From positions 1 through 60,830 of the forward strand of contig PDPP01000019.1 in NCBI GenBank assembly GCA_002747515.1: a stretch of DNA of 60,830 nucleotides, read 5' to 3'. The notes below the pieces were generated by a model, which saw only the letters and a list, made by a program, of their open reading frames with translations, had not been told where the DNA came from and made no database searches. Made by a program: the position numbers and the translations under genes. The DNA is from Candidatus Moraniibacteriota bacterium. GTDB taxonomy: Bacteria; Patescibacteriota; Minisyncoccia; Moranbacterales; GCA-2747515. This document shows positions 16,583-26,025 of this stretch, in pieces (position 1 is the stretch's first letter; the number at the start of each line of letters is the position of its first letter).

Positions 16583-16611
16583 TATTTTTTCTGTGTAAAA
16601 TAGTATGAAAG

Positions 16612-16637
16612 AAAGTCACAGTATCGTGGCTTTTTTT
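16612..16637 (+). terminator. Rho-independent terminator
   Basis: aaagtcac (16612-16619) pairs with gtggcttt (16626-16633), including one G-U pair, followed by T7. Confidence 0.55.
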
Positions 16638-16683
16638 GTTGCGTGTTTGTGATATACTTGTAGTAATGGTTACTTATTAATAT

Positions 16684-17439
16684 ATGACGATTATGGAATC
16701 ACATAAATTGACAAACATTCTTTTGGTGTTGGTATTTATCGCGCTAGCATATCTCACTTTTACGCATCGAGATATTAGTGTAGATATGAGTACTGGAGAA
16801 CGTGATCGCACAATTTCTGTTACTGGGGAGGCAGAGACATTTGTTGCGCCGGATACAGCGAGCGTGTCGTTTTCTGTGACAAAAAAAGCACAAACAACAG
16901 AAAATGCAATGAATTCAATTAATGAACGTATGAATGTATTACTTGCACAATTAAAAGGTTTTGATGTGAAAGAAAAAGATATTAAAACAGTAAATTATTC
17001 TGTACAACCACAGTATTCATATAATAACAACAAACAAATATTTGAAGGGTACCGTGCAACACAAAGAATACAGGTGAAAATACGTGATCTTGAGAAAACA
17101 TCAGATATTTTATCGACAGTTAATAGTGCTGGTGTTGATAATGTATCACAGTTAACATTTTTTGTAGATAATGAAGAAGAAGTGAAAGAAAAATTGCGCA
17201 AAGAGGCGATAAAAAATGCAAAAGAAAAAGCAAAAGTATTAGCGCAAGATCTTGGTGTGAATTTAAATGAGATTGTTGGATATAGTAATGGTAATTTTAA
17301 TGATGGATTTGAACCGGCGTATCGTTCACAAGATTTTGCATATAGTATGAATGCAAAAGAAGAAGTTGCAGAAGCAGTTGTGCCAACAGGAGAGAATCAA
17401 TTTAAGGTTATTGTTACTGTTATGTATAAAATTAATTAA
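16684..17439 (+). CDS. SIMPL-domain (DUF541/BP26-like) protein
   Basis: 251 aa with an N-terminal anchor helix. ISVTGEAETFVAPDTASVSFSV and the later GYRATQRIQVKIRDL and ..ENQFKVIVTVMYKI are typical of the SIMPL/BP26 family. Confidence 0.78.
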   Translation: MTIMESHKLTNILLVLVFIALAYLTFTHRDISVDMSTGERDRTISVTGEAETFVAPDTASVSFSVTKKAQTTENAMNSINERMNVLLAQLKGFDVKEKDIKTVNYSVQPQYSYNNNKQIFEGYRATQRIQVKIRDLEKTSDILSTVNSAGVDNVSQLTFFVDNEEEVKEKLRKEAIKNAKEKAKVLAQDLGVNLNEIVGYSNGNFNDGFEPAYRSQDFAYSMNAKEEVAEAVVPTGENQFKVIVTVMYKIN

Positions 17440-17463
17440 TTTTTTTACTTCACTATAAACATG

Positions 17464-17497
17464 GAGACGTAATTATGTACGTCTCTTTGTTGTTTTT
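17464..17497 (+). terminator. Rho-independent terminator
   Basis: gagacgta (17464-17471) pairs with tacgtctc (17478-17485), followed by tttgttgttttt. Confidence 0.65.
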
Positions 17498-17517
17498 GAT
17501 GGTAAATTTATTTTGTT

Positions 17518-18057
17518 ATGGAAAAAATATACTTTATTACAGGAAATGCACAGAAAATGCAAGAAGCGCGAGATATTGTGTCTTATCTTGTACAATTAGA
17601 TATTAACTTGCTAGAGATTCAGGAGATTGATCCGCAGGAAATTATCAGACATAAGCTCAAAGAAGCGTTAAAGCATTGTGATGGACCCGTGGTTGTGGAA
17701 GATACATCTTTGCATTTAGAGTGTCTTGGGGGGCTACCTGGCCCATTTGTTAAGTGGTTTTTAGCTTCTATAGGATGTGGAGGTCTTTATGATATTGCGC
17801 AAAAAAATAATGAAACTACGGCGCAGGCACGAGCAATTGTGGGATATAGTAATGGACGGAGAACGGAATATTTTGAAGGTGTGGTTGATGGGCATATTGT
17901 GGCACCACAAGGGGAAAAGAGTTTTGGGTGGGATCCCATTTTTAAACCAGATGGATTTGAACAAACATTTGCACAAATGACAATTGATCAAAAAAATGCT
18001 ATAAGCCATAGACGACAAGCATTTGAAAAACTGAAAAATTTTCTTGAAGAAATGTAG
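17518..18057 (+). CDS. non-canonical purine NTP pyrophosphatase (HAM1/ITPA-type)
   Basis: FITGNAQKMQEA, VVEDTSL, GLPGPFVKWF, FGWDPIFKP..TFAQM and the terminal ISHR motif. Confidence 0.88.
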   Translation: MEKIYFITGNAQKMQEARDIVSYLVQLDINLLEIQEIDPQEIIRHKLKEALKHCDGPVVVEDTSLHLECLGGLPGPFVKWFLASIGCGGLYDIAQKNNETTAQARAIVGYSNGRRTEYFEGVVDGHIVAPQGEKSFGWDPIFKPDGFEQTFAQMTIDQKNAISHRRQAFEKLKNFLEEM

Positions 18058-18105
18058 TTATATTTTTTTAAAAAAAATGGTATAATAAAAATATAATTTC
18101 ATAAC

Positions 18106-20472
18106 ATGCACTATATGACAAAAAAAATACTTTTAAGCCTTGTAGGTCTTAATGTTGTTTTTCTGATTATTTTTTGTAGTTTTATTTTCTTTCATAAAAA
18201 TAATTTTAGTGAAAAAAAGGTACACACACATAAAAATACTTCACATATGGGACCTTCTTTAAAAGAATATTCTTTTGCAGAATTTGTGGATGATAAGACG
18301 CAATTTCAGCCACAATTACCAGAATATACAATTGCATCTAATGAACTCTCTAATTTAAAAGATTTTGAAAATAGTATCAAGAAAAATTTTACACCAGAAC
18401 AAATTGCGACATTGGAAAAAGATCATTTTTTTATTACTAAAAATGATGATCAGTTTTATCAGAGTGATCCATCAAAAGAAGATGCGCGTTCTGATGATTG
18501 GACGAGTTTATATAAAAACATTGGAGGTGATGCATGGAAGCAGTTTCGTAAGCCGGAGAATGCGGTTTTTGTGACATCAGATTTTCTTTTACACACTTAT
18601 CATCGATTATTGGAAAAAGAATTTGAATATATCGAATTCATGGAATTTTACCCAAGAATACAAGAAATTTCTCAAAGCATGTTAATGGAGGCTGTGAAGG
18701 AATATGAATCAGCGAAAGATGAAAAACAAAAAGAAAGTTTTGAGAGACTAATTGCATATTTCGCAGTGCCTACATCAATTTTGAATGTTGTGGAAGATGA
18801 TTTTATACAAGCTTCAGGTAATGATAGTCAATTGGACGATATAAAAAAAGTAGAAGCAGAATTAAATGAGCTAAAGAGTCAAATCCCTGCCAATGCATTT
18901 AAATGGGCAAGTGAAGAAATACATGCAGTATATGAAGCAAAAGAAATGAAGTTTTCTCCAATTTTTGGACTATTTTTAGAATCTGAAGGTTTGCAGTCTT
19001 TGTCTGATTATACACAATATCAACCGCGTAGTCATTATAATAAAAATGCAGTTTTGCGTGCATATTTTCGTTCTATGATGTGGTATGGTCGAAATAATTT
19101 TGCTCTAAAAAGTGATGCGTTGACGAGAGATGCTGCAAATATCACAAAAAACATGCAAAAATTACATTTGACAAAAAAATGGGAAGAGATTTACAATCCA
19201 ACAACATTTTTTGTAGGTGCTAGTGATGATTTAGGTATGTATGAGTATGGCAATGCAATTACATCAATAGGACAAAATAAACGTATTGATCATAAATTTT
19301 TATCACAGATGAAGGAGATTTTAGCAAAAGAAGATGGTCCACAAATTATGTCTTCAGTTATTGTTGGTGATGCAGTTTTTAGTACATCGGAGGAAGAACT
19401 TTTAGAACAAACAAAAGGGTTTCGTTTTATGGGACAGAGATTTACACCAGATGCATTTATATTTTCTTCTCTCACACAAGGAGATACGACACCTGATCCA
19501 GAGACGGGAGAATTTTTGCCGAGTACACCTACAGCAATGATGTTTTTTCAGATTATGGGAGATCAAACAGCAAAACCAATTATGAATCAATGGATTGCTA
19601 CAGAAGCACCTAATTCAAAAAATGTTTTAGCAAATAAGATGTCGCACTTGCAATCTACATTTGAAGAAGTATCAGTTGAACAATGGACACAAAATATTTA
19701 TTGGAGTTGGATTTATACAATTAATTCTTTGCTGGATAATGGTACAAAAAATGTGGAAGGTTTTCCGATGTTTGTTAAAAACGATAATTGGAAAAAGAAG
19801 AATTTACAATGCGCAGCTAGTTCATGGACCGAATTAAAACACGACACTCTTTTATATGCAAAACAATCTTATGCAGAAATGGGTGGCGGTGGTCCAGAAG
19901 AAGGAGAAATACCTCCTGTGCCAAAGGGATATGTTGAACCAAATATTGTATTTTTTGATCGATTAATTGGATTAACTAAATTATCAACAGAGGGATTGAA
20001 AAATGCGGGCGTATTGGATCAAGGTATGGAGAGTAGAAATAAAGAATTTATAAAGTCATTGACTTTTTTTCGAAAAATTGCTGTTGCACAATTGCAAAAT
20101 GAACAGATTTCTGATAAGGATTTTGAACGATTGCGAAATGAAGCAGGAAGATTGTCAAATATACTGCGACCATTTTTTGTGAATGAAACGACGACTGAAA
20201 ACAATGCACGTTCTGCTCTTATTGCTGATGTACATACTGATGTACCGGGAGGTCAAATTCTTTATGAGGCAACTGGCATACCAAATTATATTTACGTTGC
20301 AGTAAAAGATACAAATGGTGTGAGATTGACAAAAGGGTTGGTATTTTCTTATCACGAATTTACACATCCAATTGGAAAAAGGTTGACAGATGAAGTGTGG
20401 CGTAATTGGGTATATCAAGAAAAAGAAAAAGTTCCACAAATGGATGAATGGAATAAATCACTTGTTAAATAA
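18106..20472 (+). CDS. large membrane-anchored exported protein, probably DUF3160 family
   Basis: 788 aa with N-terminal helix LLSLVGLNVVFLIIFCSFIFF. YTQYQPRSHYNKNAVLRAYFRSMMWYGR resembles DUF3160 as I remember it. The family name needs an HMM search; the ORF itself is solid. Confidence 0.55.
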   Translation: MHYMTKKILLSLVGLNVVFLIIFCSFIFFHKNNFSEKKVHTHKNTSHMGPSLKEYSFAEFVDDKTQFQPQLPEYTIASNELSNLKDFENSIKKNFTPEQIATLEKDHFFITKNDDQFYQSDPSKEDARSDDWTSLYKNIGGDAWKQFRKPENAVFVTSDFLLHTYHRLLEKEFEYIEFMEFYPRIQEISQSMLMEAVKEYESAKDEKQKESFERLIAYFAVPTSILNVVEDDFIQASGNDSQLDDIKKVEAELNELKSQIPANAFKWASEEIHAVYEAKEMKFSPIFGLFLESEGLQSLSDYTQYQPRSHYNKNAVLRAYFRSMMWYGRNNFALKSDALTRDAANITKNMQKLHLTKKWEEIYNPTTFFVGASDDLGMYEYGNAITSIGQNKRIDHKFLSQMKEILAKEDGPQIMSSVIVGDAVFSTSEEELLEQTKGFRFMGQRFTPDAFIFSSLTQGDTTPDPETGEFLPSTPTAMMFFQIMGDQTAKPIMNQWIATEAPNSKNVLANKMSHLQSTFEEVSVEQWTQNIYWSWIYTINSLLDNGTKNVEGFPMFVKNDNWKKKNLQCAASSWTELKHDTLLYAKQSYAEMGGGGPEEGEIPPVPKGYVEPNIVFFDRLIGLTKLSTEGLKNAGVLDQGMESRNKEFIKSLTFFRKIAVAQLQNEQISDKDFERLRNEAGRLSNILRPFFVNETTTENNARSALIADVHTDVPGGQILYEATGIPNYIYVAVKDTNGVRLTKGLVFSYHEFTHPIGKRLTDEVWRNWVYQEKEKVPQMDEWNKSLVK

Positions 20473-21402
20473 ATGAGTAATTTTTGCAAAAAAGTAATTA
20501 TTGTTTCAGTAATTATGTGGATTGCTGGTGCGGGCTTTTTGTGGTGGGTATTGGGTACATCATATAGTGAGGAAGAGCTAGTAATTCCAGAAGTTGATAC
20601 AGTACGTTCTTGTAAAAAGATGATTGATTTACGTCAATTGAATAATGTTTCTGTTTGTGAGGAGATTGCTTTAACACAAAAACGGCCTGTTTCCAAAGAA
20701 ATTACAGCAATTATTGTGCCACATCACTTACTTGCTAAAGAGATGATTGAAGAGGTTTTTAGTGCGACAGTAAATCAAAAATATGACAGAATATTTTTGG
20801 TGGGACCAGATCATTTTAATCGTTTAATTCAAGAAAAATTTACGGTGGCTGTGTGTGATGCAAGTTGGAAAATATGCGATAAAGAGGTTTTTGCTGATGA
20901 GAAAATGATAAATCAATTAAATAAAAATGATATAGTACAAATCACATGGAATCCTTTTTATCATGATCATGCTGTGCTGGCGCTTTTGCCGTACATTTCT
21001 CAATTTCATCCTGATGCAAAAATTGTTCCAATGCTTGTACGTCAAGATGCGCATCTTGATAGTGTTTTTCGTTTAGGATATGAATTACAAAAGATAGATG
21101 GTGGAAATAGTTTGTTCGTTATCAGTTCAGATTTTAGTCATGGAAGAAATAATGCAAAAGAAGTAGAGCGTGTTGATCAAAAAAGTATAGAATCAATTCA
21201 ACAGGTCTTTAATGGAGATAGAGATAGCATAAATTTTATTGAAAATGATTGTAAAGCGTGCATAGCATTTTTGGAAGGATTTTTTTCTGAAAAAACAGGT
21301 GTGCAATTTACTCTTTTAAATAACAAAAATTCTACTCATTTTGGAGGTCCTCAAAAGAAAATCACAAGTTATGTTACGGGATATTTTTTTACAGAAAAAT
21401 AA
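20473..21402 (+). CDS. Memo-like / AmmeMemoRadiSam-system-protein-B-like protein with N-terminal membrane anchor
   Basis: IVPHHLLA, LVGPDHFN and VISSDFSHG resemble the Memo/LigB-superfamily metal-site motifs. The ATG directly abuts the TAA of the upstream gene (20470-20475). Confidence 0.55.
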   Translation: MSNFCKKVIIVSVIMWIAGAGFLWWVLGTSYSEEELVIPEVDTVRSCKKMIDLRQLNNVSVCEEIALTQKRPVSKEITAIIVPHHLLAKEMIEEVFSATVNQKYDRIFLVGPDHFNRLIQEKFTVAVCDASWKICDKEVFADEKMINQLNKNDIVQITWNPFYHDHAVLALLPYISQFHPDAKIVPMLVRQDAHLDSVFRLGYELQKIDGGNSLFVISSDFSHGRNNAKEVERVDQKSIESIQQVFNGDRDSINFIENDCKACIAFLEGFFSEKTGVQFTLLNNKNSTHFGGPQKKITSYVTGYFFTEK

Positions 21403-21441
21403 TGATATATAGATTGATGAAAAAAGTTTGTGATAAATGTG

Positions 21442-22620
21442 TTAATGATGTATTTGTGATTTTTGAAGACGGATTGTGTTTACAGAGAGCGTAGCAATTG
21501 CTGCAATGAGAAATGTCCATTCAATATTGATAAAAGAGGCGAGGGTAATTGTTGAACCGTAGAGGACGATACGACCGCAATTTAATGCCATTTCCTTAAT
21601 GACAGTGAACTCATCAACATAATGGCCGTGATCAGCTGAGATATCATAAGTAATTGCGCTAAATGTTCCTTTTGATAGGGCATTTGTAATTTTGTGATAA
21701 GCGTCAATGATGAAAATATGAAATCCTGTGACAATAAATATTTTTGCAATCCAACCACATGCATACAAGATAGAATTAATTTTAAGCATATCTTTCTTAT
21801 TTCTTTTGCTATCAGCATATTTTCCAAGGATTAGTTCTAATAAAACAGTGATGCTAATTGTTGCAGCAGAAATTGCTCCAATGGATATATAATCACCATG
21901 TAATATGCTATACACAAAGATTGGCCAAATGACTATTCCAATACCAGACTCTATACCATCTGCAAAATATGCAATCATTGCTGGTCGATATTTTTTTGCA
22001 CATAAGTTTTTCCATGTTTCAAAATATGTCCATGAGTATTTTTCAAAGACATTGGAAAGTGATATAAGTGGGAAAAGGGAACATGCATACACACATAATC
22101 CTGAGATAAACAATGTTTGGTAAGATGTTTTTGAAATGATAATACCTGCAATAAGTGGAGTAATAATACCAATTAAATGCATTGTTGCCATAAATGCGCT
22201 TACTTCGCGCATGCGATTTTTTTGATCTGAAAATGTGGTAAATATTGTATGATATGGGAGCCAATAAAATAAACGAAAAATTGTAAGAAAAAATATAGCC
22301 ACGATAATTGTGTTGTGAATGTTTTCTTTTGTTGTGATACTCATCGTGAGGAGAAAGAATATATTTGCAATTGTTGCGATGAAGAGTGCATTTTTGAGAT
22401 TGAATTTTTCAATGTGTTTTGTGCTAAGCGGATAAAGAATAAGGCAAAGCAGTGCACCGATGAGATAGAAAAATAACACAGAATTCAGATTTTCTGAAAA
22501 AGTTTTGTAGAGAAATATTGGAAAAAACATCGAAAAAAAACCATTTGAAAAGTAAACAATTGCTCTACTAATATAAAGATATGTGAGATCTTGAGAAATT
22601 TTTCCACTGAAATATGTCAT
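21442..22620 (-). CDS. MFS-type transporter-like membrane protein
   Basis: 392 aa with about 12 hydrophobic helices in two halves. No diagnostic motif read with certainty. Confidence 0.5.
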   Translation of the reverse strand: MTYFSGKISQDLTYLYISRAIVYFSNGFFSMFFPIFLYKTFSENLNSVLFFYLIGALLCLILYPLSTKHIEKFNLKNALFIATIANIFFLLTMSITTKENIHNTIIVAIFFLTIFRLFYWLPYHTIFTTFSDQKNRMREVSAFMATMHLIGIITPLIAGIIISKTSYQTLFISGLCVYACSLFPLISLSNVFEKYSWTYFETWKNLCAKKYRPAMIAYFADGIESGIGIVIWPIFVYSILHGDYISIGAISAATISITVLLELILGKYADSKRNKKDMLKINSILYACGWIAKIFIVTGFHIFIIDAYHKITNALSKGTFSAITYDISADHGHYVDEFTVIKEMALNCGRIVLYGSTITLASFINIEWTFLIAAIATLSVNTIRLQKSQIHH

Positions 22621-22634
22621 TGTATTTTATAAAT

Positions 22635-23912
22635 TTATTTTTTATTTTTTGTATGTTTTCTAAAAAAGGTGATGTACATCATAACTAATGATGTGAGTCC
22701 CATAAATGTTGCTGTACAAGAAAAAATAATTGCCGTTGCTGTGATGCCAAAAATAGGAAGATAAATCATATTTGCACTAAACCCACATATGAGTGCTATA
22801 GCTGTAATTATAGCTGGTACACGTGTCATATCAGCTCCATTAAAAACGGATGCAAGAACATAAAATATTGTAATAAATATTGTTGCACCTGTCATAAGAG
22901 GAATAAGTGGTGCTGCTGCAATAAATTTCTGACCAAAGAAAAAAGTAATAAGAAATTCTGGCATAATTGCCATGATTATAACAGCAGGAATGAGAAGGGA
23001 AAAAAGAAAAGTGAGTACGTGTACAAGTGTTTTTTTAATGTTTGTGAAATCTTTTTTCTTAGTGAGTTCGGACATGGTCGGAAAAAGAATGAATGTGAGG
23101 GCAAACATTACAAAATACGGAATGAGTGCAACCGTAAAAGCGGCATTGTACAGTCCTGTATAGTAATCACTGCCAGTGAGTGATTTGATAATATACATAT
23201 CAAAACGAATATAAAATTCATAAAATACCAAAAACACAATGAATCCACTAGCATATGAAATAATGTTTTTCCATGGATATTTTTCCAATTTTTTTATAGG
23301 ATTTGTTGTATTTTTTTTAATAAATAAATATTCAATGACGAGTGCAACACAAAAAACACTCAATGGTGCTATAATAGAGCCAAAAAGAGCACCTTCTAGC
23401 TTGAGCGTATAAGCAAGTCCTAAAATCCATACAATGCGAAAAACACCTCGTGTCATTTTCATTATAGTCATTGCTTTGAAAAATTTTAGGCCATTGAAAT
23501 AGAGTACATGAAAAGAGGAAAGAGCAAAAGCAGGAATTACAAATGCACTAATGCGAAATAGAGGTGTAAGAGTTATATCGTTAAAGGCATGTGCAATAAG
23601 CGGTGATGAAAAATAAAAAATAACAGTTAATGTACAAATTATGAGGAATTGGATTCGTGCGGATGCATTGCGAATTGATCGAATTTTTTTCCAATCACCG
23701 ATGTGTTCGCTGATGCGTTTTGCCATTGCAGTTGGTACGCCACGTCCAACCAAAATAATAATCATAGTTGTAAATCCAACCACAAGAGAATATCGACCAT
23801 AACTAGATACACTGAGCATGCGACCAAGTCCCATATTGATTATGTAGCTAGAAATATTGTATATGAATTCTGCTATTGCAAGAATAAAAAATGAATATTT
23901 AAGTTTGGACAT
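22635..23912 (-). CDS. polysaccharide/oligosaccharide flippase (Wzx-like, MOP superfamily)
   Basis: ORF 22635..24014 trimmed to ATG 23912 (MSKLKYSFF..) to avoid overlapping the upstream gene. About 12-14 helices and polysaccharide-locus context. Confidence 0.65.
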   Translation of the reverse strand: MSKLKYSFFILAIAEFIYNISSYIINMGLGRMLSVSSYGRYSLVVGFTTMIIILVGRGVPTAMAKRISEHIGDWKKIRSIRNASARIQFLIICTLTVIFYFSSPLIAHAFNDITLTPLFRISAFVIPAFALSSFHVLYFNGLKFFKAMTIMKMTRGVFRIVWILGLAYTLKLEGALFGSIIAPLSVFCVALVIEYLFIKKNTTNPIKKLEKYPWKNIISYASGFIVFLVFYEFYIRFDMYIIKSLTGSDYYTGLYNAAFTVALIPYFVMFALTFILFPTMSELTKKKDFTNIKKTLVHVLTFLFSLLIPAVIIMAIMPEFLITFFFGQKFIAAAPLIPLMTGATIFITIFYVLASVFNGADMTRVPAIITAIALICGFSANMIYLPIFGITATAIIFSCTATFMGLTSLVMMYITFFRKHTKNKK

Positions 23913-23952
23913 ATTTTTTAGAAAATAGCTAATGAGCAGAGTTTTTTGACTG

Positions 23953-24537
23953 CTAATTGCGAATTTTTTGCAAAATATCAGCAAAGACAACGTCAACGTA
24001 TTTGCTACCATCAATGACTGTCAAATGATATGTGTTGAAAGCGTTGTGAAAAAGGTCGTTTTTTGCTACGAGATAGTCATGGCCTTGTGCTGGTGGATTG
24101 TCACGCATCATGATGTACTCGGGATTGACACTGAGAAAAAATCGTTTGTCTGGTACAGTAATCCAATGAAAAAAAAACGGGTGATATGTCTTTTTTTGCA
24201 AATACGAAATATTAACAATTATGTCATAAAAATACCGATCTGTGAGCAAGTAGTCATGTGTCTTAGCCACTTTTTTCACAAAAAAACGAAAACGAATCAC
24301 ATCAATCAACAGTGCCACTTTGCGCAAAAAAATCGCTCCCCACGATGCCTGCGACACGTCTTTTGTCTTGCCGTCGGCATTTTTCTTTTTGCCTGCATTT
24401 AACACATGCGCAACAGAAAACTGCACCGCATGAAAATACAACACTTTTTTGCCATTTTTTTCAAAATGCGCCCGCAATTTCTCTATTTGTGTACTTTTCC
24501 CAGACCCATCAAGCCCAGAGATACTAATGATTTTCAT
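23953..24537 (-). CDS. thymidylate-kinase-like P-loop kinase
   Basis: Trimmed to ATG 24537. MKIISISGLDGSGKSTQ P-loop plus TDRYFYD (DRY-type motif of the dTMP kinase family). Divergent, so the substrate is uncertain. Confidence 0.55.
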   Translation of the reverse strand: MKIISISGLDGSGKSTQIEKLRAHFEKNGKKVLYFHAVQFSVAHVLNAGKKKNADGKTKDVSQASWGAIFLRKVALLIDVIRFRFFVKKVAKTHDYLLTDRYFYDIIVNISYLQKKTYHPFFFHWITVPDKRFFLSVNPEYIMMRDNPPAQGHDYLVAKNDLFHNAFNTYHLTVIDGSKYVDVVFADILQKIRN

Positions 24538-24572
24538 TTTTTTAGTATAGCATTTTGAGGAGAATTTTACCA

Positions 24573-24601
24573 TTGACAATATAGTTGTTTCATGATATAT
24601 T
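24573..24601 (+). promoter_or_regulatory. sigma70-type promoter for the M16 peptidase gene
   Basis: TTGACA (24573-24578), 17-nt spacer, TATATT (24596-24601). Confidence 0.55.
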
Positions 24602-24683
24602 TTTTTGTTGGTTGTGTGATTTTTTGTATAATCAACAAGGGATAAAGAACATTAACATAAATATATATAGGAGGAGAGAGAAT

Positions 24684-25934
24684 ATGTGGGATCCGTATGC
24701 AGATTTCAAAAAATTTGTACTGGCAAATGGGTTAGAAATTTTTATTAGTCATTGGTCAGGTAAGCCATGGATAAAACTTGGTTGTATTGTACATGCAGGC
24801 TCATTTCATGATCCGAGTGATGGAGATGGCGTGGCGCATTTTGTAGAACATCTTGTTTCTGAAAATGCTCCAGTGTCCCTAGAGGATATGGAATATTTTT
24901 TTCAACACCTTGGAGGTGGATGTGATTTCGGGTCAACAAGAATTTTTGATGCGAGGTATACGTTTAAAATTCCTGCAAATGTAATACATTTGCAAAGTGG
25001 TTTGCAGTATTTTTCAGATATGTTGTTAGGATCAAATTTGATTAAACATATTGAAGAAGAGCGTGATATTATCATACAAGAATGGCATGATAGGCACACG
25101 GTACAGTGTTTCTATGATGAAATTTTGCATCAAAATACTGTTGTTTTTGATGGTTTTAATCTTGCAAAACCTTATCTGATTTTAGGTTCGGTAAGTTCTT
25201 TAAATGAGATGAGTCAATCTGTTTTACAGGATTTTTATGATGAGTATTACGTTCCATCAAATATGAGCTTGGTCGTTGTAACGGGTTTGCCATGTGATCA
25301 GGTTGTTGAAATTATAGGAAAATCAGATTTTGGACAAAGCTGTACATATTTTCGTACAGAAATCCCAAATTCAGTTACCTCTGTACATCCCTTAAGAGAG
25401 ACATGCAGAAAGATGTGTATGTCTGAACATGGTATTCGTGCTATTGATCGTTGCTTGTATAGAAATGCAGGTAAAGTGCCACATATGCCGAATCAGCTAG
25501 TAGTGCTTATATTGAGAGAAATGTTAAATGACATGATTTTTAAGGAGGTTCGTGGCAAAAGAGGTGTAACATATAATTTTGCGTCATTCGATAGGTTTTT
25601 AGGGTATTTTACAGAAATTACATTTGAAGGATGGGTAGAGTTCGGTGCTGAAAGAGTAATTTCTGATATCGTGAAGAATGTTATTAACAACATTAATCAA
25701 AAAGAAGAACTTTTTGATAAAATAAAGGAGGCGTTTATTCAAAATTTAAAAATGATAGATGTTAATGGGGAAGGGTTGCGTAATAGAACAATGAGCGATA
25801 TTGCTAATAGTAGACGTATCATTTCTGCTCAGGAAGAAATTGAGCAATTTCGAGCGATTACATTTGATGATATCATATATATTGCGTCATTTCTCTCCCC
25901 AGAGTATCGATATGAATATATACAAGTGCCATAA
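24684..25934 (+). CDS. M16-family (pitrilysin/insulinase-like) zinc peptidase
   Basis: Trimmed to ATG 24684, which lies 8 nt after GGAGGAGAG. Inverted zinc motif HFVEH (HxxEH) near the N-terminus. 416 aa. Confidence 0.8.
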   Translation: MWDPYADFKKFVLANGLEIFISHWSGKPWIKLGCIVHAGSFHDPSDGDGVAHFVEHLVSENAPVSLEDMEYFFQHLGGGCDFGSTRIFDARYTFKIPANVIHLQSGLQYFSDMLLGSNLIKHIEEERDIIIQEWHDRHTVQCFYDEILHQNTVVFDGFNLAKPYLILGSVSSLNEMSQSVLQDFYDEYYVPSNMSLVVVTGLPCDQVVEIIGKSDFGQSCTYFRTEIPNSVTSVHPLRETCRKMCMSEHGIRAIDRCLYRNAGKVPHMPNQLVVLILREMLNDMIFKEVRGKRGVTYNFASFDRFLGYFTEITFEGWVEFGAERVISDIVKNVINNINQKEELFDKIKEAFIQNLKMIDVNGEGLRNRTMSDIANSRRIISAQEEIEQFRAITFDDIIYIASFLSPEYRYEYIQVP

Positions 25935-25972
25935 GAGTGGCTTTGTATAAAAAATATACGTTCAAATTCAAC

Positions 25973-26010
25973 AAAGCAACTAATCTCAATGAGTTAGTTG
26001 CTTTTTTATT
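25973..26010. terminator. terminator hairpin between convergent genes
   Basis: aaagcaactaa (25973-25983) pairs with ttagttgcttt (25994-26004), followed by tttatttt. Confidence 0.75.
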
Positions 26011-26025
26011 TTTCTCAAGAGTTTT

